Of a stretch of 64,000 bases of DNA, positions 30,106-39,324 are shown piece by piece. This DNA is from an uncultured Gammaproteobacteria bacterium (GTDB lineage: Bacteria > Patescibacteriota > Patescibacteriia > Magasanikbacterales > GWA2-37-8): positions 204,537 to 268,536 of the forward strand of contig CAYHBZ010000002.1 of NCBI GenBank assembly GCA_964355175.1, read 5' to 3'. A program made the translations under genes and the position numbers. Below the pieces are notes generated by a model. It was given only the letters and a program-made list of their open reading frames with translations. It made no database searches and was not told where the DNA came from. How positions within the stretch are numbered: the first letter of the stretch is position 1; each line of letters starts with the position of its first letter.

Positions 30106-31623
30106 TTAATTCATTTTTTTCTCAAACAAGTCTTTTATCCAGCTGGTTCTCGAACTGTTCAGGGCGGATTTTATATGGCTTTTGGCCGCGTGAGTTTTCA
30201 CAAATTTGAGCCAGTCTGGGCTTGGGCCTTTGCGATTTTTATCAATAATGATATCCACTACATCACCACTTTTTAGCACTGAATCCAAGCTTACCATCTG
30301 ATCGTTAATCTTAGCGCCGTTACATTTATTACCTACCTCGGTATGGATATGATAAGCGAAATCAATTGGAGTGGCGTCTTCGGGCAGGTCAATCACATCA
30401 CCTTTGGGAGTAAAAACAAAAATATGATTGCGGAAAAAATCCACTTTCATTTCTTCTAGGTCTTTGAGATTGTTTAGAATTTCTTTTTGCATTTTGGCCA
30501 GTTCTTTGGCCCAATTGTAATCTTTTTTGGACGGACCTTGGCCGTGGCTATTTTTGTCATAGTTCCAATGTCCGACCGTGGCCCCGTACTCGGCTTCTTC
30601 ATGCATGGCTAGGGTACGAATTTGAAATTCTACGATTTTGCCTTCATCACAAAAAACCGTAGTGTGTAAACATTGGTATCCGTTTGGTTTTGGCTGGGCG
30701 ATATAATCTTTGATGCGGCCTTTGAGCGGCGGCCAGAGTTTGTGAATTACCCCAAGGGTGGCATAGCAATCGCCAACATCTTTTACGATGATTCTCACGG
30801 CCACGATATCGTAGATGATATTGATGTCTCCGTTTTTACGGATTAATTTTTTGTATAGACTGTATAGACTTTTTTCACGACCGTGAATATTTATGAATTT
30901 TACTTCGGCACTCTTGGATTCTTCTTCCAATCTGTCCATGATTTTTTTAAGATAAATATTGGTTTCCGCCACCTTTTCTTCGCGCATTTTTTTTACGCGT
31001 TCATATTCTTTTGGCTCCAGATATTTAAAAGAAAGATCCTCCAGTAAACTTTTGAATTCACCCATGCCTAGGCGGTTGGCAATTGGGGCGTATATCTCCA
31101 TGCTCTCCAGAGCAATGCGTTGACGTTTTTTTTCTGGCAAAGAATCTAGGGTGCTGAGATTGTGAATACGGTCGGCAAATTTGATAATCATTACACGGAT
31201 ATCTTCGGCCATGGCCACGAAAAGTTTGCGGAGATTTTCGATATAGCGCTCCATGCCACGGTATTTTAGTTTACCCAGTTTGGTAATGCCGTTTATCATG
31301 TTGGCAATATCAGGACCAAAATTTTTCTCAATTTCTTCTAGAGTCACTTCAGTGTCTTCCGGCACATCGTGCATGAGGGTAGCGATAATGATGTTTGGCT
31401 CAGCCTGGATCTGGGATAATATAAAGGCGGCGGTGGTAGGATGAACAATGTAGGGTTCGCCTGATTTTCGGAATTGTCCGGAGTGGGCTTGGGCCGCGAA
31501 ATCATAAGCTAAGCGGACGGTTTCAATGTCGCTGTCGGTGCAGTATTTTTGGAGATTTTTCACTACTTCCTCAATGGTAGAGGATCTGGGAATAGTGAGG
31601 TGGGAAATCAGAAATTTATCCAT
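30106..31623 (-). CDS. RelA/SpoT (p)ppGpp synthetase/hydrolase (HD-SYNTH-TGS)
   Basis: HD motif, KDYIAQPKPNGYQ, EFQIRT and TGS DFAYHIHT motifs. Confidence 0.93.
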   Translation of the reverse strand: MDKFLISHLTIPRSSTIEEVVKNLQKYCTDSDIETVRLAYDFAAQAHSGQFRKSGEPYIVHPTTAAFILSQIQAEPNIIIATLMHDVPEDTEVTLEEIEKNFGPDIANMINGITKLGKLKYRGMERYIENLRKLFVAMAEDIRVMIIKFADRIHNLSTLDSLPEKKRQRIALESMEIYAPIANRLGMGEFKSLLEDLSFKYLEPKEYERVKKMREEKVAETNIYLKKIMDRLEEESKSAEVKFINIHGREKSLYSLYKKLIRKNGDINIIYDIVAVRIIVKDVGDCYATLGVIHKLWPPLKGRIKDYIAQPKPNGYQCLHTTVFCDEGKIVEFQIRTLAMHEEAEYGATVGHWNYDKNSHGQGPSKKDYNWAKELAKMQKEILNNLKDLEEMKVDFFRNHIFVFTPKGDVIDLPEDATPIDFAYHIHTEVGNKCNGAKINDQMVSLDSVLKSGDVVDIIIDKNRKGPSPDWLKFVKTHAAKSHIKSALNSSRTSWIKDLFEKKMN

Positions 31624-31710
31624 ATTTTTTGATGTATTAATTATATCATTTATTTGGCTAATTGCAACTGAAACTTGACAAAAGGCCTATTTAGTGGTAG
31701 TATTAGTCCT

Positions 31711-32097
31711 GTTTATAGTGGATGATCGTCCCCGACCTAGTCGGGGGAGGAAAGTCCGAACACTTTCTTTGAAAAAAGAAAAAAGGCAGTGGGTAACGCC
31801 CACCGGTTTGGCGGCAACGTCAAACAAGGGAAAGCGGCACAGAGACAATACTACCCCGACTCAGTCGGGGGAAAGGTGAAAAGAATATGGAAGTTCTGAC
31901 TCTAGAACAGAGCTACCATATACCGACCGTTGTGAGACGGTCTGGTGCCAAGCCCTGCCTGGGTGCAAGAGCAGCCTATGAGAGAGACATAGGAAAAGTT
32001 CGCTCGCTTGATTTTGGTAGCAATACCAGAGCTAGATAAATGATCGTCGTGTCTTGCTAAACACAAGATTTACAGAATTCGGCTTATAGCTGTAAAC
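31711..32097 (+). ncRNA. rnpB: RNase P RNA
   Basis: GAGGAAAGTCC...ACAGAATTCGGCTTA conserved P4; P1 GTTTATAG/CTGTAAAC; promoter upstream, terminator downstream. Confidence 0.93.
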
Positions 32098-32234
32098 AAA
32101 AAAGACCTTTGAGAAATCGAAGGTCTTTTTATTTTTTTACAATAAAACTTGCTTTTCTAGTCTATTTATGATAAAACCTATGCTAGTTGTCTCACTGCCT
32201 GAGATCGGTTGTCGGTCTCGTGGAGGGCATCGCC

Positions 32235-32450
32235 ATGGGTAACTGGACGGACTTCGCCATTTTAGGTTTGCTGATCATCTTGGCTAGCGCGGTGTTTCCG
32301 GAGCTCGGCTTGGTTGCGTTCTTGACGGGCATCGTCTTGTTGCTCGTCGCGGCCAACATCGTGTTCAAGGATTGGGCCTTGCGCCAGGGCTGGCTGAAGC
32401 ACCTCAATGAGGATCAGCGTCGGCTCGTGATCGCGATGGAGGAGGACTAG
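32235..32450 (+). CDS. GC-rich small 2-TM membrane protein
   Basis: GGAGG SD at 32222-32226; two hydrophobic helices. Confidence 0.6.
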   Translation: MGNWTDFAILGLLIILASAVFPELGLVAFLTGIVLLLVAANIVFKDWALRQGWLKHLNEDQRRLVIAMEED

Positions 32451-32591
32451 TTCCTTCTGACTCTTCCTAGGGAACCCAGCTTCGGCCAGTGGGCGTAGGG
32501 GGGATAATAAAAAACCACCTGCGACCTGCTCTAGGATTAAATATTTTTTAATCTTGGAGCAGCAGGTGGTTTTTTTGTTTCTAAATTTATT

Positions 32592-34445
32592 TTAGACTTC
32601 GATAATAACTGGTAAAATCATTGGACGCTTTTCGGTTTTGGTATAAAGAAATTGTCCAACATAATCACGAATTTTATTGCGGATATTATTGGTATCAGCC
32701 CAAGTGAGCGGATCGGATTCGGTAACAATTTTTTTCACACGATGGCGTAGATCTTCGATTAGTTCTTTGTGTTCCTTGAGGAAAATAAAGCCACGGGAAA
32801 TAATATCAGGATTCTGGATTAGTTTGCCACTCTTGGAATCGACAGTAGCAATAATTACTACCATGCCGTCTTCTGCTAATACTTGGCGATCACGCAAGAC
32901 TACATTGGTTTCATCCGATACGCCGAGGCCGTCTACAAATACATAATCAGAAGGAATTTTTTCTTTGGTCAAAGTCCCAACACCATTTTGGAATTCCATT
33001 ACCTGGCCATTGTCGGCAATAAACACATTTTCTTTTGGCATGCCAATAGAAGTAGCGATACGACCATTATAGTGCAGAAGGAAATGGTTGCCGTGAATAG
33101 GCACAAAATATTTTGGCGCGACCAAACGCAACATTAATTTCACATCATCAGCTTTGGCGTGACCACCAGCGTGCACGTCCATCATTTGATAATGGATAAC
33201 TTCGGCGCCGCGGCGGAAAAGAGTATCTTTGAGTCTTTGCACGGTGCGTTCGTTGCCCGGAATTACCGAAGATGAAAACACGATAGTGTCACCAGGAATT
33301 AATTTGATAAAGCGATGTTCGCCATTGGCAATACGCATCAAGGCCGCATTTTTTTCTCCTTGCGCGCCGGTACAGATAATCATCGTTTTATTTTTTGGAT
33401 AATTATCCAATTGTTTGATATCAACAATTGTTTTGGAATTAAATTTCATGTAGCCAAGTTCTTTGGCAATCTCAATATTATTTTTCATAGAGTAGCCTTC
33501 GATAGCTACTACCTTGCCGGCTTTTTCGGCTATTTCGATCATCTGTTTGATGCGAGATAAAAGCGAAGCAAAAGTACCAATAATCAAACGACCAGGAACT
33601 TTTTTAATAATTTCTTCGAGGTTTGTGCCGATTTCTGATTCAGAAATTTGGTGACCAGGCTGGGAAGCATTGGTGGAATCGGAAAGTAAAGCCAATACAC
33701 CTTCGCTACCAATTTTAGCAATCTTCTGTAGATCCGCTGGTTCGTCGCCCGATACCGGTTGGTAGTCAAATTTCCAGTCACCGGTATGAATGACCACACC
33801 TTCTGGTGTGCCCACTTTGATACCCATGGAGTCGGGAATATTGTGATTGAGGTGAAAAAATTCTACTTCAAAAATACCAAGCTTGAGTTTATTTTCCAAG
33901 CTGACATTGTGGATAGAAAGAGGACGCAGGCCTTTGTAATCTTCTTGGCGTTTTTTGATAATCGCGTTGGTCAAAGGCAGGCCGTAAATTGGAGGATATC
34001 CCAAGGCTGGAATACAGTGAGGGATAGCGCCAATATGATCATAGTGACCATGAGTAATAATTACACCACGTATATTCTTTTCTTTGCCTTTGAGATAATT
34101 CATGTTTGGGATGATGTAATCAATACCAGGCATGTCTTCTTCCGGAAATTGTAGGCCCAAATCGATGAGAATAATATCGTCACCGTATTCGAGAATAGTG
34201 CAGTTGCGGCCGATCTCTTCGAGACCGCCGACTACCATTACGCGTAATTTTTTCCCAAGGTTGGTGGCTGGAGCAGTCGCTGGAGCAGTCGTGCGTACTC
34301 TGGAAAAAGAGGGACGAAAATTACTTCGGACGCCATTAAATGATTGGGCTCCGGCCGGTTTGGCTAGAGGAGCGGAAGTATTTGGCGTTCTGTTTGGTCG
34401 CGCGCTATTGGCGCTGGCAAACGAACTTCTTGGTTGTGAAATCAT
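32592..34445 (-). CDS. rnj: Ribonuclease J
   Basis: GGLEEIGRN, THGHYDHIG, HTGDWK, DSTN and HAGGH motifs. Confidence 0.95.
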   Translation of the reverse strand: MISQPRSSFASANSARPNRTPNTSAPLAKPAGAQSFNGVRSNFRPSFSRVRTTAPATAPATNLGKKLRVMVVGGLEEIGRNCTILEYGDDIILIDLGLQFPEEDMPGIDYIIPNMNYLKGKEKNIRGVIITHGHYDHIGAIPHCIPALGYPPIYGLPLTNAIIKKRQEDYKGLRPLSIHNVSLENKLKLGIFEVEFFHLNHNIPDSMGIKVGTPEGVVIHTGDWKFDYQPVSGDEPADLQKIAKIGSEGVLALLSDSTNASQPGHQISESEIGTNLEEIIKKVPGRLIIGTFASLLSRIKQMIEIAEKAGKVVAIEGYSMKNNIEIAKELGYMKFNSKTIVDIKQLDNYPKNKTMIICTGAQGEKNAALMRIANGEHRFIKLIPGDTIVFSSSVIPGNERTVQRLKDTLFRRGAEVIHYQMMDVHAGGHAKADDVKLMLRLVAPKYFVPIHGNHFLLHYNGRIATSIGMPKENVFIADNGQVMEFQNGVGTLTKEKIPSDYVFVDGLGVSDETNVVLRDRQVLAEDGMVVIIATVDSKSGKLIQNPDIISRGFIFLKEHKELIEDLRHRVKKIVTESDPLTWADTNNIRNKIRDYVGQFLYTKTEKRPMILPVIIEV

Positions 34446-34613
34446 AAATGATTTTCTTTATATAAATTAATCTGTCATCCCGAACGAATACTGTCATTCC
34501 GAATTTAATGAGGAATCTTTTAATAAGATCCCTCTCTACGCTCGGGATGACAAAGTAGCATTCAAAATGACAAAGAGTGTCCCGACTAAGTCGGGGTAAA
34601 TAATATTGTATCG

Positions 34614-34697
34614 TGGGCGAGAGAGGACTCGAACCTCCACAGGATTGCTCCCACAGGCTTCTGAGACCTGCGCGTCTACCAATTCCGCCACTCACCC
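34614..34697 (-). tRNA. tRNA-Leu (CAG)
   Basis: GGGTGAGTGGCGGAATTGGTAGACGCG...CTCAGAA, long variable arm, GTTCGAG. Confidence 0.92.
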
Positions 34698-34702
34698 GAT
34701 TT

Positions 34703-36655
34703 TTAGAATTTAATTTTTCTGGTAGTTTTTGTATACCAGTAATTAAGGTTGGCCAGTCGATCATGTGGATTGGCTAGGTTGCCGGTTTCAATGCCTTGGA
34801 TATCTTTGCTCACCGCCATGATATAGGTAGGTGAATAAAGAAATATAGCCGGTAAATCATCAACTAAAATACCTTGAAATTTTTGATAAAGTTTGGCGCG
34901 ACTGTCCGGATTGAGCGTGGTGCGGGCTGACTCCAATAATTTGTCGGCATCACGATTACTAAATTTGGCCAGATTTAGACCAGGATAATCACTCTGGGTG
35001 GAATGCCAGAAAGAATATAAATCCGGATCGGCACCGATCATTTCCCCATAAATCAAAATTTCGTAGTTACGATTTTTCAAAACATCACGCACTATCTGGT
35101 GGGTGCTGACCGAAATCACATTGGTTTGTATTCCCAAAGCGCGCCACATTTTGGCTACCTGCTCGGCGGTTTGGATATATTCCGGAGTATCGGCGGTAGT
35201 AATAGACAGACGCAAAACATCATTTTTACCGTTTTGACGATAAAAGCTTTGTCCCGAACTCATTTCCGCGCGGATAGTTTCGTTGAGGTTTTTTTCATCA
35301 TTTGGTGAAATTGGTTGGGTTTCGGTAGCTGTTGTTTTGCTATTGGCGGTGGAAGTAGTAACCGGTGTCAAACTTTTGAGTATTTGGTCGTAACGAATTT
35401 TGAAGTAGTCTTCCGGCTGGATGCGCGGCCATTTTTTATCTAATAGAGTATTGGCGGCATTCAAGTCAAAAGGAATTTTTTTCACCGCATCATGGTATCC
35501 TAAATTTCCGGGTAAAATCGGACTGTCTAGAGCAATACCGTCGCCATCGAGAGCTTCGTCGATAAGAGTCTTTTTATCGATGGCTTTAGCCAAAGCTAGG
35601 CGCAGATTATCATCTTTAAGTTCAACCGTACTTTGATTAAAAAATATAGCGGTATATTGTGGGAGTTGCAACCCAAAATTGTTTAAACTTTTTCCATCTA
35701 CTTTTTCTTTTAAATTATGTGGTACAAAACTGAGACCGGAAATATTTTGACTGCGCAGGGCGGATACGGCGTCACTGTAGTTGTCAAAAAATTTAAAAGT
35801 AACATTATTTAGATATGGTTTCTGGCCGTAGTAATTATTATTTGGCACCAAAGAATAACTCTGTAGGTTGCCGCCGCTGTCTTTGACCATTTTTTCAAAT
35901 TTCCACGGACCGGATCCCACCGGCTGAAGATTGAATTGTGCCAGACGCATATTGGCAGGAGTAATTTCCGACCAAGTATGTTCAGGCAAAATTCCCAAAG
36001 TCAGACTGTCCAAAAAAGGAGCATAAGGAGTCTTGAGGGTAAAGCGGATAGTATTTTCGGCAATTTTATCTATTTGCACTCCTTGGAAAGCCACAATCAG
36101 TGGACTGCCCACTTCGGCATTTTGGAGAGTTTCAAAAGTAAATAGAATATCATTGGCGGTAAGCGGTTCGCCGTCGGACCATTTGAGGTTTGGTTTTAGT
36201 TCAATGTTGTAGGTTTTTTGATCAGCGCCTACTACGAATTTGGCAGCTAGATCTGGTACTAGCTGTTTGTTCGAGTCATATTTGAAAAGTCCGGAATATA
36301 CCAAGGAAGAAATGTCGGTATCGATATCATTGGTAGAAGAAAAAATTGGGTTGACGTATTTTGGACTACCAATCAAGCCTTCGGAATATTCGCCACCATT
36401 TTTTGGAGAAAGCACCGAATGGGTGGAGGCAAAATAACTGGTCCAGCCTACAATTGTAATGACAAGTAAGATGGTAGCGACAATTAGAGTCTTTTTTTCA
36501 CTACCACTTAAAAAATTGCCCAAGTATTTTATTTGGGTCAGATTGGGGAATTTGTCGAATTTCATCCGGTGTCGGAGTTTTTTGTCCAAGTAATTGCTTG
36601 GGTTGGACTTGGAACGTTTAAAACGCTCCAAATACGAAGAAAGATTCCAACTCAT
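34703..36655 (-). CDS. Peptide ABC transporter substrate-binding protein (family 5)
   Basis: YSGLFKY, PDLA, KWSDGEPLTANDILFTF and PVGSGPW motifs. Confidence 0.88.
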   Translation of the reverse strand: MSWNLSSYLERFKRSKSNPSNYLDKKLRHRMKFDKFPNLTQIKYLGNFLSGSEKKTLIVATILLVITIVGWTSYFASTHSVLSPKNGGEYSEGLIGSPKYVNPIFSSTNDIDTDISSLVYSGLFKYDSNKQLVPDLAAKFVVGADQKTYNIELKPNLKWSDGEPLTANDILFTFETLQNAEVGSPLIVAFQGVQIDKIAENTIRFTLKTPYAPFLDSLTLGILPEHTWSEITPANMRLAQFNLQPVGSGPWKFEKMVKDSGGNLQSYSLVPNNNYYGQKPYLNNVTFKFFDNYSDAVSALRSQNISGLSFVPHNLKEKVDGKSLNNFGLQLPQYTAIFFNQSTVELKDDNLRLALAKAIDKKTLIDEALDGDGIALDSPILPGNLGYHDAVKKIPFDLNAANTLLDKKWPRIQPEDYFKIRYDQILKSLTPVTTSTANSKTTATETQPISPNDEKNLNETIRAEMSSGQSFYRQNGKNDVLRLSITTADTPEYIQTAEQVAKMWRALGIQTNVISVSTHQIVRDVLKNRNYEILIYGEMIGADPDLYSFWHSTQSDYPGLNLAKFSNRDADKLLESARTTLNPDSRAKLYQKFQGILVDDLPAIFLYSPTYIMAVSKDIQGIETGNLANPHDRLANLNYWYTKTTRKIKF

Positions 36656-36680
36656 TGAAAAATTATTAAGTCGCCCGGGT

Positions 36681-36902
36681 TTATTGGATAACCAAGCGAA
36701 CTAAAGAGATGATGAAGAAAATAGTGGTGGCGGCAATAGTAATATAGTGCAAAATCTTGTCCAAACCGCGTTTGGTGCTGTAGATATTGCCTGAACCACC
36801 GAAAACACCACTAAGACCAGTACCTTTTTGTTGTAGTAAGACTACCAAAATGAGTACAATGGCCAAAACTAACTGAATAATATTGAAGATAGTTTCTTTC
36901 AT
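36681..36902 (-). CDS. secG: Preprotein translocase subunit SecG
   Basis: VLLQQKGTGLSGVFGG...RGLDK. Confidence 0.9.
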   Translation of the reverse strand: MKETIFNIIQLVLAIVLILVVLLQQKGTGLSGVFGGSGNIYSTKRGLDKILHYITIAATTIFFIISLVRLVIQ

Positions 36903-37033
36903 AAACTGAAAATTTAAGCCTATAATATAGAGCTTATAGTGGTTATAATTATATCATGAACGACTGACAGTGTCAATGGCAGTATTGATTTATTTTAAAT
37001 TGTGGTATAATATGACTGCTTAATATATAACCT

Positions 37034-37789
37034 ATGGCTTTTAATAATTCGCCGCTGGGATTGCGCTGGTATCAGCGTTTTGGAGGAGTATTAGGAATAG
37101 CGCTCAGTGCCACTGTAGTCGCTATTGTTTTATTTTTTGGCGGTTCGGTGTGGTATTATTATCATCAAATTCAAAATGGTAATGGTGAATTATTGTTACA
37201 AAATTTTTATGGAGGGTTTACCGCTGTGGGCAAAAATGACAAGGTGGCTCAGACTGAGGTGGATAGAAAGGAAGTGGAATTGGTCAGTGCTCCGGCGATT
37301 GGCACAAATAGCCCTAAAGTAACTGTCGTGGAATTTGTAGATTTTAAATGTCCCAACTGTAAAGCCGAAGCGCCGATCCTGCGTCAGGTAATGCAAAAAT
37401 ACGGAAGCAAGGTAAAGCTAATTGTGCGTAATTTCCCGATAGAAAGCACTCATCCTGGTGCCAATCAATTGGCTATCTTGGCTCAGTGCGCCTACTATCA
37501 AGGCTGGTATTGGCCACTACATGATTGGCTTTATGACAATCAAGATGTCTTGGGTAGTAGTTTTACAGCGGCTGATATTGATGACCTAAATTCTGTTTTT
37601 GCTTGGGACGCCAAAAAAATGAAAGAATGTTTCAAAAGTCAGGAGGCCAAAGTTTTGGTAAATAAAGATTATTCCGACGCGAGTCGTTTTGGTGTGGCCG
37701 GCACGCCCACATTTTTTATTAATGGTAAAAAAGTAGAGGGTGTTGTCCCATTTGAAGTTTGGGATAATTTTTTAAGAAATGTTAAATGA
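37034..37789 (+). CDS. DsbA-family oxidoreductase
   Basis: DFKCPNC and GTPTFFING motifs. Confidence 0.88.
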   Translation: MAFNNSPLGLRWYQRFGGVLGIALSATVVAIVLFFGGSVWYYYHQIQNGNGELLLQNFYGGFTAVGKNDKVAQTEVDRKEVELVSAPAIGTNSPKVTVVEFVDFKCPNCKAEAPILRQVMQKYGSKVKLIVRNFPIESTHPGANQLAILAQCAYYQGWYWPLHDWLYDNQDVLGSSFTAADIDDLNSVFAWDAKKMKECFKSQEAKVLVNKDYSDASRFGVAGTPTFFINGKKVEGVVPFEVWDNFLRNVK

Positions 37790-37847
37790 CAGCTTTAACT
37801 GTCATCCTGAGGGAGTTGAAACGACCGAAGGATCCCTATTGTATATT

Positions 37848-39314
37848 ATGAAAAAAATTTTATTGGCAGTTTTATTTTTTACTTTGTTTGCGCCGGTGTA
37901 TGTTTCGGCGGCCAACAGTACTTTGGCTCCGGATTTTAATCCGGTTTGTTGGAATTTAGATCAATGTAATAATAGCCGTGCTTTTTTCTTGGGCAAAACC
38001 CCACAAGAATTAAAAGGTAATAAAGACGGTTGGCTGGAGAATGAAGATCCTTGTAATAAACCTGGTTGGGGTAAATGTCTGCCGGGCGGAATCACGAAGA
38101 CCACGATCGCCTTTGGTGGTAAAAAAACTTTTACCGATATCGGGGAATTTTTGAAATATAATTATAATTTTGGTCTGAGTATCGCTGGTATTTTGGCCGT
38201 AATTATGATTGTAGTGGCTGGAATCCAGTGGGCAACATCCGGTGGAAACAGTGAAGCGATAAGCAGTTCCAAAAAAAGAATTGGGGGAGCGCTGATTGGT
38301 CTGCTGATTGCTTATCTATCTTACACAATTTTAAGCATTGTTAATCCGGCTTTGGTAAATTTGCGTCTGCCTCAGGTGTATATGATTCGTCCGATAAATG
38401 TGGTGCCGCAGTTTTGTAAAGATGTGGAATCTCCTACTAGTACGCAATTTGCTGTCGCTGCTGAAAAAGGAGCGGTGGTGGACAAGACTAAATTTCCGGA
38501 TGCGAAATTGCAAAGTATGGAGCTGTCTGCTATGTCTTGTGGCAAACAATATTTTGTTGGCGGAGCGGCCGGTGCCACTTGTATGGGTGCCACTTGTGAT
38601 AAGAAACAGCAATCTTGTTTACCGGTTACTATTACCAGCGACAATATTACATTGACTCCCGGACAAGTGCTTAAAACTACCCCTGGATGTATGAATGCAC
38701 AATTGGTATTTCATTTTACGATCGAAAATAGTTTAGAAAATTTTATAATAGAAAAAACACCTCTTGTGGCTAAGATTGGAGGTAAGGATTGGCTGGATAA
38801 AGATGGTTTTTTGGATTTCGAAAATCCTTTCCTGCTTTGGCCGGTTTGTTCTGGTGCCAATGGAAATTATATCGGTAAATTAGGCTCAGAGCAGTGGGAT
38901 GCAAATGATACAGAGATTACGAGCTATCAAAGAATAGAGAAGAGTCTGTTTTATGAATATTATCTTTCATTTAATAATGTGGCTACGACTTTGCCAACAG
39001 CCGCTCATCCGGATGCTTATTGGAAATGTGAAAATAGTGATAAAGTCGCTGGTTTTGTTTTTAAATTTGAATTGGATAGTAATTGGTCTATGACCGACCC
39101 TAATTTTTATGTAAGTAAGAGTCATGTTGGGTCATGGAAATCTATTTCAACTAATGGGTTTATTACTAATGCTGATTTGGAAAAGGGTGTGTATGTAGAA
39201 GCGTTAATCTCAGCCCAAGTATTACAAGAATTAGAAGAAAATACAGGCACACAGCCATTTGTTGGCACCCAGAATCCAGACGGTGTCAGTTGGAAAAAAG
39301 CGGCGGGAATATAA
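37848..39314 (+). CDS. Pilin-domain Cys-rich surface protein
   Basis: Signal peptide, pilin segment AGIQWATSGGNSEAISSSKKRIGGALIGL, many Cys. Confidence 0.7.
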   Translation: MKKILLAVLFFTLFAPVYVSAANSTLAPDFNPVCWNLDQCNNSRAFFLGKTPQELKGNKDGWLENEDPCNKPGWGKCLPGGITKTTIAFGGKKTFTDIGEFLKYNYNFGLSIAGILAVIMIVVAGIQWATSGGNSEAISSSKKRIGGALIGLLIAYLSYTILSIVNPALVNLRLPQVYMIRPINVVPQFCKDVESPTSTQFAVAAEKGAVVDKTKFPDAKLQSMELSAMSCGKQYFVGGAAGATCMGATCDKKQQSCLPVTITSDNITLTPGQVLKTTPGCMNAQLVFHFTIENSLENFIIEKTPLVAKIGGKDWLDKDGFLDFENPFLLWPVCSGANGNYIGKLGSEQWDANDTEITSYQRIEKSLFYEYYLSFNNVATTLPTAAHPDAYWKCENSDKVAGFVFKFELDSNWSMTDPNFYVSKSHVGSWKSISTNGFITNADLEKGVYVEALISAQVLQELEENTGTQPFVGTQNPDGVSWKKAAGI

Positions 39315-39324
39315 ATAAATTTAT

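Noticed and set aside
31694-31879. 61-aa ORF
   Set aside because: Lies within the RNase P RNA gene.
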